This document shows, one piece after another, positions 13,540-23,965 of a stretch of DNA of 64,000 nucleotides. Under the pieces are notes generated by a model, which was given only the letters and a program-made list of their open reading frames with translations, did not search any database and was not told the DNA's origin. The translations under genes were made by a program, and so were the position numbers. The stretch's first letter is position 1. Every line of letters begins with the position of its first letter. Location: positions 24,182,001 through 24,246,000 of the forward strand of contig NC_086109.1 in assembly GCF_963921235.1 (NCBI RefSeq), in the 5' to 3' direction. Source of the DNA: Mobula hypostoma (Eukaryota).

Positions 13540-16502
13540 GTTGGCAAGGGGAAGGAAACCAAGGTGTTAGGGTCGAGGAAGAGGAAAATAGAAATAAGTC
13601 AAAAATACTGTGCAGCAAAGATCGCAAGAAGGACAGGCCGGTGAATATACAGGATAATTTGCTGCAAAATAGAAATATAGCAAAATCGACGACAGATACT
13701 GATCTAAATGTACTGTACTTAAATGCAGGCAGCATTAGAAATAAAGTGGATGACCTTGCTGCACAGCTGCAGGTTAAAAGATATGACATTGTGGCCATCA
13801 CCGAGTCATGGCTAAATGATGGATGTGATTGGGAGCTGAATATCCAAGGATACACAGTGTATAGGAAAGATAGGAAGGTAGGTAAAGGGGGCGGCGTGGC
13901 CCTGATGGTAAGTAACGATATCAAATCAATAGAAAGAAGGGACATAGGATCAGAAGAGGTAGAATCCTTATGGGTAGAATTAAGAAATGGCAAGGGTAAA
14001 AAGACACTAATAGCAGTTATATACAGGCCTCCAAACAGCAGCTGGGATGTAGACTACAAGTTGCAGCTGGAAATAGAAAAAGCGTGTCAGAAGGAAAATG
14101 TCAAGATAATTATGGGGGATTTTAATATGAAAGTGGATTGGGGAAGTCGGGAAGGTAATAGATCTCAGGAGAAGGAGTTTGTAGAATGCCTACAGGATGG
14201 CTTTTTGGAGCAGCTTGTCCAGAAGCCCACCAGGGGACCGGCTGTTTTGGATTGGGTGCTGTGTCACGAACCTTAGGCGATTAGGGAGCTGGAGGTAAAG
14301 GAACCCCTTGGAAGTAGTGATCATAATATGATTGAGTTCAGTTTCAAATTTGAGAAGGAGAAGCTGGTATCAGGTGTATCGATATTTCAGTGGAACAGGG
14401 GAAATTACAGTGGTATGAGAGAGGAACTGGCCCAAGTCGATTGGAAAAGTAAGCTAAATGGAGGGATGGCAGAGCAGAATTGGATGAAATTCCTACCAGA
14501 AATAAGGAAAATGCAGGAAAAATATATTCCAAGAAAAAAGAAAATCATGAATGGAAAAATGGCACAAATGTGGCTAACGAGAGAGGTTAAGGCAAAAATA
14601 ATAGCAAAAGAAACAGTGTACAAGGAAGCAAAAATTAATGGGAAAAATGAGGACTGGAAGACTTTTAAAAACTTACAGAAGGAAACTAAGAAAGTCATTA
14701 GGAAAGAAAAGATGAATTATGAAAGGAAGTTGGCGATTAACATAAAAAAGGATACTAAGAGTTTTTAAAAATATATTAAGAGTAAAAGAGTGACAAGGGT
14801 AGATAAGGGACCGATTGAAAATGATGCTGGAGTAATTATAATGGATAACAAAGAGATGGCGGAGGAACTGAATGAGTATTTTGCATCAGTCTTCACAGTG
14901 GAAGACATGAGCAATATACCTGATAGCCAGAGGTATCAGGGAATAGAATTAGGTACAGTCAGGATTACTAGAGAGTAAGTGCTTGGGAAGCTAAGTGGAC
15001 TAAGAATAGGTAAGTCTCCCAGTCCGGATGAGGTGCACCCAAGGGTTCTGAAGGAGGTGGCTTTGGAGATTGTGGAAGCATTGGAAATGATCTTCCAGGA
15101 ATAAATAGACTCTGGCATGGTTCCGGAGGACTGGAAGGTCGCAAATGTAGTTCCGTTATTTAAGAAAGGAAGGAGGCAGCAAAAAGAAAATTACAGACCT
15201 ATTAGTCTGACATCGGTAGTTGGAAAGATATTGGAGTCAATCCTCAAGGACGAGGTTATGAAATACCTCGAGGTGCATGACAAAATAGGCCGAAGCCAGC
15301 ATGGTTTCATGAAGGGAAGACCCTGTCTCACCAACCTATTGGAATTTTTTGAGGTAATCTCGAATAAGATTGACAAGGGAGATGCTGTGGATGTTGTATA
15401 TTTGGATTTTCAAAAGGCCTTCAATAAGGTGCCGCATATGAGGCTGCTTAATAAAATGAGAGCCCATGGAATTATAGGAAAAATATTGAAAAGGGTGGAG
15501 CATTGGCTGATAGGCAGAAAGCAAAGGGTGGGAAAAAAGGGATCCTATTCTGATTGGTTGCCGGTTACTAGTGGTGTTCAGCAGGGGTCGGTGTTGGGGC
15601 CGCTTCTTTTTATGATGTATATCGATGATTTGGATTATGAATTAAATGGTTTTGTGGGTAAGTTTGCGGATGACACCAAGATAGGTGGAGGAGCAGGAAA
15701 TGTTGAAAAAACGGAAAGGTTGCAGACAGACTTAGTCAGTTTAGGAGAGTGGGCAAAGAAATGGCAGATGAGATACAACGTTGACAAATGTACGGTTCTA
15801 CTTTTCAGAAGAAGAAATAATCGGGCAGATTATTATTTAGATGGGGAGAAAATTCAAAAATTGGAAGTGCAAAGGGACTTGGGTGTCCTCATGCAGGATA
15901 CCCTAAAGGTTAACCACCAAGTTGGATCGGCGGTAAGGAAAGCGAATGCTATGTTGGCATTCATTTCAAGAGGAATAGTGTATAAGAGTAAGGAGATGTT
16001 GATAAGGCTCTATGGGGCATTAGTGAGACCTCATTTGGAATACTGTGTGCAGTTTTGGGCCCCCTATCTTAGAAAGGATGTACTGATGTTGGAGAGAGTT
16101 CAGAGAAGATTTACGAGGATGATTCCTGGAATGCAGGGGCTAGCATATGAGGAGCGTTTATTGGCTCTTGGATTGTATTTCATTAGAGTATAGAAGAATG
16201 AAGGGGGATCTCAGAGAAACATTTTGAATGTTGAAAGGGTTGGACACAGTAAATGTGGAAAGGTTGTTTCCCTTGGTGGGTGAGTCCAGGACAAGAGGCC
16301 ATAGTTTTAGAATTAGAGGGTACCCAGTTAAAACAGAGATGAGGAGAAATTTTTTAGCCAGAGGGTCATGGATTTGTGGAATTCGTTACCACATACAGCT
16401 GTGGAGGCCCGATCATTGAGGGTGTTTAAGGAGGAGATTGACAGGTATCTAATTAGTCAGGGTATCAAGGGATATGGGGAAAAAGCCGGAAATTGGAACT
16501 AG
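13524..16502 (+). pseudogene. CR1 ORF2p: APE endonuclease and reverse transcriptase
   Basis: YLNAGS, AITESWL, IYRPP, MGDFN, SDH; NYRPISLT, YLDFQKAF, GVQQGSVLGP, FADD. One frame with in-frame stops at 14274, 14766, 14976, 15102 and frameshifts near 16180 and 16350. Confidence 0.93.
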
Positions 16503-16699
16503 ATGGGTGAATACTTTAGCTCATGGGGGAGCTGCGGAACAGACTCGATGGGCTGAATGGCCTACTTCTGCTCCTTTGTCTTGTGATCTTGTGAAGACTT
16601 CTGGTTGCTCACCCTCCCACTTTAGAATGCCGTGGACCTGAACAAAGACGTCCTGGCCTTGGCACCTGGGAGGCAAAATACCATCTGGGTGTCTCTATT

Positions 16700-16918
16700 A
16701 AAGAAGAAGAAGAAAGCCCTTAACTCCGAGTGATGTCATTGGGACGCTGTCATGACGGTGTTTTTTTAGCAGGCTTTCTTATTTTTACAAGGCTGAGTTG
16801 CTAGCTTGACGTTCAACCCAGCACGGATGGAAAGCGTGCAAGGGAGCCGGCTGGATTCGAACTCGGGAGCCTTGGCTCGGAAGTCCGGCGCTGATGCCAC
16901 TATGCCACCAGCCGGCCC
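16700..16918 (-). mobile_element. Young intact tRNA-derived SINE with 12-bp TSD
   Basis: A box tggcatagtgg, B box gagttcgaatcc, (TTC)n tail; ggtgtctctatt duplicated at 16688-16699 and 16919-16930. Confidence 0.9.
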
Positions 16919-18074
16919 GGTGTCTCTATTGCTTCTACAGAATCTCGTGTCTACACATCTAACTATGGAATCCCTCATCACTACTGTGGTCCTCTTCTCC
17001 CCCCTTCCTTCTGATCCACAGCCCCAGAGACCAGGTGACTATGGCTTCCCCCGGTAGGTGGTTCCCCCTAAATAGTATGCAAAATCAAGAGAGAAATGCA
17101 CAGATATTTTGTACCTGTCTTCTCAAGAGTACACAGGAAGTATTCCAGAAACAGTAGAGAATGGTAGGTCCAACACGATGAGGTACTGAAAAAAATATTG
17201 TAATATTAAACTTTGACCTTGTTGATATCGTATTTGTGAAGCATGGTAAAATTGTAAACATTAAGCATGACGGACTTTGGTTACATAAGCCAGGGATTGA
17301 AGAAATGTAATTATCTGAGGAAATGCTATGGAGCTGAGACAATGTCTAAGTCCCTCTTTTTAAAAATATCTTTCTATGTAGTAACAGTGAGTGTAATCAG
17401 TCACCTGTGTTTTATTTAGAAAGATTGAAAGCAATGATGTACCAGACTAAAAATGTGTGATCGTTAATTTGGAGTCAATAAGATATGGGCTACCGTTCAC
17501 CAGAAACCTGATTCTGATGTCTCTGTGATTTCCATCATGTCAATGGTTATGTTTTTCCAATATTTAGTCAGTGTCCCTGCAGCTCAGATATAGAGTCTTG
17601 CCAAGTGTTTTCTGGAATACCGTGAGTTGGCTCTTAAACTGTCCAATGTAATCTTGTTGAACAGATCACCTGCTCATTTTGGATCTTGCCCAATTTCTAT
17701 TTTATTGATTTGATTTCAGCCACACTGCCACTCAAGTCTCATTTGCTTTGAAAGTTTGACCAATTAAATCATTTTTCTGGACTGTGGAATCTTTCACTTA
17801 TCAATAGCCTTGCTTCCTGCACACCATCCTAATCCCCAAGCCACTTCTTTCAATTGCTCAGAACTGACCCCTCCCTATTGCAAGCTCCTGCTCCCTTCTC
17901 CAAATGTATTTATGTTCAACAGTGCTTGAACATTCTGTCACTTGCCAAACTTGTTTCCATCTCTTCATCATGTTCATCTTTCCATGCTTTTAGGGGTTGC
18001 CCTCCCATCATGTTGTGATGCAAAAGGATGAAAGTCACAGTGATATCTTTAGCTCCGAAAGCAGTTTAGGGCTC

Positions 18075-18566
18075 CTTAACTCGGAAAGGATGTCCTGGCA
18101 TTGGAGAGGATCCAGAGGAGGTTCACGAGAATGATCCTGGAAATGAAATGGTTAATGTATGATGACCGTTTGATGGCTCTGGACCTGCACTTCTGGAGTT
18201 TAGAAGAATGGGAGGGGGGGAGATTTCATTGAAACCAAACAAATATTGAAAGGCCCAGATAGATGTGGATGTGGAGAGGATGCATCCTATAGTGGGACAG
18301 TCAAGGGCTAGAGACCACAGCCTCAGAATAGAAGGATGTCCCTTTAGAACAGAGATGAGCAGCAATTTCTTTAGTCAGAGGGTGATGAATCTGTGGAGGC
18401 TAAGTAATTGTGAAAATCTAAAGTGGAAATTGATTGGTTCTTGAGTAAGGGCGTCAAAGGCTAAGGGGAGAAGGCAAGAGAACGGGATTGAAAGGGATAA
18501 TTCAACCATGATGGAGCAGACTCGATGGGTTGAATGGCTTAATTCTGCTCCTATTTCTTATGGTCT
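18075..18566 (+). mobile_element. 5'-truncated CR1 3' fragment
   Basis: Similar to 16070-16594; tail tcttatggtct. Confidence 0.85.
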
Positions 18567-19042
18567 ACACTATCTCTCCTTCCCCTTCTTGACTTCCCTG
18601 CTGGCTGGAACACAAGGTGCAAGATCATCTTTCTCCTCCTCCATTGTCTGCCTTTTTTTTCATTCTATCCTCACGTATCTGACCTTAGCTTAAATGCCAA
18701 GAATACTTGAGTCATAAATTGATGGTTTTTCTTACATCATCAGAAACTACTGCAGGAATATTGTGAGTTCCGGTCCTGAATACCACTAGCTAACAAATTC
18801 CCAGGCGATTATCTCACCTTATTTGCACACTTCTCCTTTGGTGATATCATCTACGATTTTGAAGTTAACCCCTAGATGTATACTGACAAAACAAAGCCTT
18901 GCATGACACTTTTCATCATCCCCAGGATAATATTGCATGAAAGAAAGCAGCAATTTCTTTAGTCAGAGGGTGATGAATCTGTGGGTGATGAATGCAGCCC
19001 ATTAATTTGATGCTAACTCTTAATAGGACAATTTTACCATCC

Positions 19043-19505
19043 TCACAAGAGACTCTGCAGATGCTGGAAATTCAGAGTAACGCACACAAAGTGCTGGAGG
19101 GATTCAGCAGGTCAGGCAGCATCTATGTAAAAGAATAAACAGTAGATGTTTCAGGCTGAAAATAATAAATTGTATCATCCTATTTTATTCCCATTGCCCT
19201 GCAAATTATCCTTTTTCAAATGTGTATCCTATTTCCATTTGTTTTCTCCATCCCTGCAGGGAGTAGAGCCCCTGACCCTTCTCCATCTGTGTTCTGAATT
19301 TCAGCCAGTCTATCCGCATCACACAGTGAGATGTGGGATGGAATGCAATATCTGAAAGTTCGATGTAAACAAATCCAGTAACTGTCAAAAGGGAGCAAAA
19401 CTATTTCTTTGCCTCCACAGATGCTACTTGACCTGCTGAGTTCCTCCAGCAGTTTGTTTTGTTTTCTCTCGGCTCCAGATTCCAGCATCTGCAGTCTCGT
19501 GTCTT
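19043..19505. mobile_element. Two inverted Penelope-derived arms (19043-19160 and 19400-19505)
   Basis: ctgcagatgctgga..cagcaggtcaggcagcatct and its reverse complement. Confidence 0.7.
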
Positions 19506-20044
19506 TACGTTCAAAAGGGAACCGATCAATACTTCGGAGGGAATGTTTGTAGGAGTAGCAGAAAAGGATAAAGGAGTGGGAGTAATTGGATAGTCATTCA
19601 AACAGACAGCACAAGAATGATGGGGTTGAAGGTTTCCTTTTGTTTTCGCTTCCAGAGTTCTGTTTGAGCTCTTTCTGATGCGGGGAAGCATCACAAACAC
19701 AATAGTGGTGAGATACCATAAACCAAAAAAATACACTGTCTTTCAATCAAATCCCAGTGCAGTCCTGTGTCCCCCAGCTTCTTACTTAGTCAGGTTACAG
19801 AAACAGATGGCAAAAGCCTAGCAAACACCCCCACGCCAATGAAGTTCTGAAAAAGTTCTTAAGACACTGTTAGAAATGTGCAAGAAAAGTGCACTGTTCA
19901 ACCCAGCTGTGAATGCAGCCTCCTGTTTCATGGCTTCATGAGATTAATCAAAGTGTATCAACTTCTTCTCTTGTTTTCTCAATCAACATGCCTCACCAGA
20001 AATGCAGTTTGATGATACACTCCACCATTGGAATGAAATGGAAA

Positions 20045-20335
20045 TATCTGTATTTCACTATCTTAAGACTTCCTGAAATACTTTACAAACAATGAAGTAC
20101 TTTTGCAATATTAATATTAATGTAAAGTTGGAAAAAAGCTAATTTTAATCATATCCAGGAAATCAATTTTTTTAGTGACATTGGTTAAAGAATTGGACAA
20201 GAGATTAGGACAATGGTCTTCCTCAAATTTCTACATGACCCTTTGATGATCCTAACAGCCCAGATAATGTCTCAGAGGACGGCGTTTCTTCAATAGTGGT
20301 TAAGTCTTTTGCTCTCCTTTGCTCAAGTGTTGGCT
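20045..20335 (-). mobile_element. Deu-domain SINE remnant
   Basis: Degenerate reverse complement of the 3420-3655 family; similar remnants near 27020-27260, 35790-36090, 43815-44110, 45965-46160. Confidence 0.5.
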
Positions 20336-21903
20336 GCTCTATGATGATGCCCCACGTGGAAAAATTCACGTAGGTCATCCTTAGCCTAACAGGTTATAGA
20401 GAAAGAGAGACAGAAACAGAGACAGATGGACAAAGAGAGACCTCTGGTCTACACAGGAATGTTTGCTACAGAATACAATAAAGACTTGAATCTACAAACT
20501 TCTGATGAAGTTCTTGGATGCAAACCATTTATGAAATAAAGTCAATTACATACTAGTTCTTACAGTGGTGGTTCGGTGACTATTGATTGAATGGGGCCAT
20601 GCTATCTGAATATTCATACAACATTCAAGACCCAAGGCAATGGGCTAAACGGAATTGTGATGTACAGAGGTAATATTTTTCCTTTGGTTGCTGTGCCAGT
20701 ATGGAAAGACTGGTTAGTTTAGGTTCAGACTCTGGAGGGAGTAAAAGTGAAATGGCACTGTTTCTGAAAGGAGAGGATCCAAATGCTCTGATGTGTAGGA
20801 AGTCCGTGATCCACTCCCTGAGGGACTTTGGCAAGAGATCAATTCTGGTGGCCATTTCTGGGAGTCAGGAGCTTTTGTTTTCCTGAGGATTGATTTCAGA
20901 AAATCAGTGTTGGGTGGGTTGGCAGATCGATGGGTTGAAGGGGATTATAGATGCAGCCAAGGGTCCTATGTCTGGATTATGTGTTGTTTGAGATTATGAC
21001 AGGGAGTGGGAATTGGCATCTGAATTTACTTAATCTAAAGAGCTCAGTCCAGTTCCTGGTATTGGGCTGGGATCTTCTCTGGGAAACTCTCATCTTGTTC
21101 TCTATTGGACAGTAAACAATGATACAAAACTTGTTGGGCTGAGACTTCCTAAATGCTTCCAAACCAGCTGAAATGATGTCAGTTGGTCTCTGTTACAGAG
21201 TCAGAGTATTACACGGGGAATATCGTCATTTAATGCACGTCCAAGGCTGTGAATGGCTGATCCGTGCTTAGAATGCCCACTCACGTTTCAGGAGTGGGGC
21301 AATTTAACCTGGAAACCAGGCAAGTAGTATTATTTTCTGAGTAAAAAAAATGATTTTCATATCCATAGCACTGGCAATAAAAAGTGTCATGCCATTGACT
21401 ATTTCAAGTTAGGAAACTGTATTTTAAATTGATAAAGAGCTACTGCTTATTTAACGGCATGTTTCTGAAATACATAATAAGGTGTCAGAGGAATAGGAAG
21501 TTCTCCAAATGGCTGTATGACATCGACATGCTAGCAAATTCTACGTTTCACCACTCATTTGTTAAATTTATTTGTCCATCCTGACTGGTAAACAAGAGAG
21601 CTTCTTTGATTTTCTTAAGAGTCAATCATTACTGTATTCCTAAGGGTGAATATTAATCAAACACACTTTACTCACTTAACAGCTAACAAGAAGTTACATT
21701 CAAGATCTCTGCAGGCTATTGTGTGGGGCAGTTGTTAGGGTGATGGGTGGAATGAAAGATTTAATCATAAAATCCTGAGGTAATTTGTTTTTTCTGCCTT
21801 TGTGCTGGTTCTTTGAAAGTACTATGCAATGCCATCCTTTTTTCCTCACAGTCAAATAAATATTTCCTCACATTCTATCCAGATCCCTTTCTTTGGTCTA
21901 GAT

Positions 21904-21984
21904 CAGGGGTTCCCAACCTTTTTTTATTGCATGGACCCCGACCATTAATCAAGAGGTCCATAGACCCCAGGTTGGAGACCCCTG
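21904..21984. mobile_element. hAT-Charlie-type MITE, 81 bp
   Basis: TIRs caggggttcccaacct / aggttggagacccctg; perfect 8-bp TSD gtctagat (21896-21903, 21985-21992) matching the NTCTAGAN target. Confidence 0.9.
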
Positions 21985-23092
21985 GTCTAGATATTACCTG
22001 ATAATTTTATAGGAAAACATGGGAAATCACAAAGATCTGAAAGAATCTGTGGAAACCATTTCCCACCTGTGACCCACTATATAGCCAGACATTGAGTGGT
22101 AGTGTGCTCTTGCTATTAATGACAAGCCACAACGTTAAAGCAACTGCCACTGTTAATCCTGTGAGGACAATGTGGTGAAATGCATGTAGATGTAGAAATA
22201 TCATCACATCTGTCTTTTCACTCCTTCCTCATTTTCTCTCTTCTTCCCCATTAAGTGCTAACTTTCACTGATCTGCCTTTAACACCAGCATTGCACATGC
22301 CAAACCGTTATATGCAAGCCAAAGTTGTGAGTGGTTTGAAGGCAGCTTATGTACTGTACAGTATTTTCATTCACAATTTTACTCACATGGGCATAGATTA
22401 GTTTTAGGAACAAAAACCCTGAAATTGCCCTCCTTTTTAAAATAACCAGATCATTAAAAGGTCAGTTGTGGCCACAGTCCTTCCAAGCATATTGTCCCTA
22501 GCTCAAATGCTTTACTAGTGTGGAGTGTGAAACTTCTTTGAGCCACTATACTGGAATTAAACTACAGAAAGCAGTTATCATCTTGCTATTATTCACATTA
22601 AATGGACAATGCTGGCAAGGCAACTTCAGAGCACAGTTAAGAGTCAAGTTGAACTTATTGTTATGTATGGTGAGATACAGGTACAAAGAAAAACTTGCTT
22701 GCAGAAGCATCCAGACATGTTAAGTACAGACAACAGAGTATAAATTATACATAAATTTTCGAAACAGAGAAGAAAGAGATAACCAAACTGTGCAAAAAAA
22801 AACAGACACAAATCCATGGTAGCACAAGTGGTGGTCCAATGATGAAGCAGGTCAGATCATGAGTGATTGTAGGAAAGTAGATGTTTCTGAATCTGGTAGA
22901 GTGGAATAGTCACATTAGTGCGGCAGTAGAGTGACAAATAAGCCTAAGCAATCATTGCAACTTTCCTTCCCTGAAATCTTCCACATAATTCAGGCACTGC
23001 TGAACATAACATACACAGCGACATGGGGGAAGGTGCATGAAGAATGAAAAAGATAGTACTGGAACTGAGAAATTAAGTTCAAACAATCCAGT

Positions 23093-23280
23093 CATGAGGA
23101 AATCTGCAGATGCTGGAAATTCAAGCAACACACACAAAATGCTGGTGGAACGCAGCAGGTCAGGCAGCATCTATCGGAAGAAGTACAGTCAATGTTTCGG
23201 GCTGAGACCCTTCGTCAGACTGTACCTCTTCCAATAGATGCTGCCTGGCCTGCTGCGTTCCACCAGCATTTTGTGTTTAA
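23093..23280. mobile_element. Palindromic Penelope-derived element with hammerhead core
   Basis: 59-bp inverted arms (23132-23190 / 23218-23276, 3 mismatches); TSD aaacaa(t/c)ccagt at 23081-23092 and 23281-23292. Confidence 0.85.
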
Positions 23281-23865
23281 AAACAACCCAGTGGTCTTTT
23301 CTATTGAGAACACAGGGGTCTTTAAAAGCATGGAGTTTTCTAGGCTGCTTTTAGTAAAAGTATTACTAACTGGGAGATAATTCCAGAAAAATTGCTCATC
23401 AATTCAAGAATTAGTTCAGAAAATTCCTCTTTATACAGGGTGTAAAGAGACTGTGGACATAGTATCATTGATAAGGTGAATAACAATGGAACCTTTAAAG
23501 GGAAAATTAATGTGCATGAGAAAAGATTAGGAAGGTGTGCAGATTTGCTGAGAAGTGGGAAAAGCTCATTAGGATAATAAGCACCATTTTTGACTAAATG
23601 AGCTGAAGGGCCTTATTTGGCTGGCAATCTATTTGTGTTTTTATGATAATTTGATAACTAAATGGGGACATGCTGACGACAGTAATTTTTTTCCTCATTT
23701 TGTTATGTGTATTCTAACTCTCAAAGTTTTCTGGTGAATTTAGAACTCCTATTCTCCTTAATGATTATTCCAGGATGTTAACTTTCTAGCGCAGCAGTGT
23801 AGTGGATAAAAGTGATGCTGAGATATGACCAAATAAAAATCCTGCCCAAAGAGATGATAGCATCA

Positions 23866-23965
23866 CAAACAGAAAATGCTGGTGAACGTAGCAGGCCCGG
23901 CAGCCTCTATAGGAAGAGGTACAGTCGATGTTTCGGGCCGAGACCCTTTGTCAGGACTAACTAAA
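23866..23965 (-). mobile_element. Penelope terminal-repeat fragment with mutated hammerhead
   Basis: Minus strand reads tagtc-CTGACAA-agggtctcggccc-GAAA-catcgactg. Confidence 0.8.

Larger units (their letters stand above)
12628..16594 (+). mobile_element. Near full-length young CR1 LINE
   Basis: 5' UTR, ORF1, ORF2 and 3' UTR ending in (tcttgtga)2; few disabling mutations. Confidence 0.95.
9996..17085 (-). mobile_element. Older decayed CR1 LINE, interrupted by a younger CR1 (12628-16594) and a SINE (16700-16918)
   Basis: Minus-strand ORF pieces: RT (WKIANVTPLFRK..NYRPVSLT, PGPDGLQPRVLK), APE (GVIYR..IVMGD), ORF1 esterase (RDSIVR at 16766-16981); tcttatgg-type tail near 10000; internal deletions. 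Confidence 0.9.

Noticed and set aside
13520..13993. 157-aa antisense ORF
   Set aside because: Shadow frame of purine-rich CR1 coding sequence with no motif support
15117..16193. 358-aa RT ORF as an intact or domesticated gene, or a prokaryotic RT system (retron/DGR)
   Set aside because: It is the segment between an in-frame stop and a frameshift of CR1 ORF2, and the context is vertebrate repeat DNA
16850..16918. tRNA gene
   Set aside because: tRNA-like head of a SINE, followed by body, tail and TSD; same for 1360-1422 and 57737-57800
23093..23280. Long hairpins as miRNA genes or a CRISPR-like array
   Set aside because: Arms are dispersed Penelope terminal repeats with TSDs; there is no regular repeat-spacer structure
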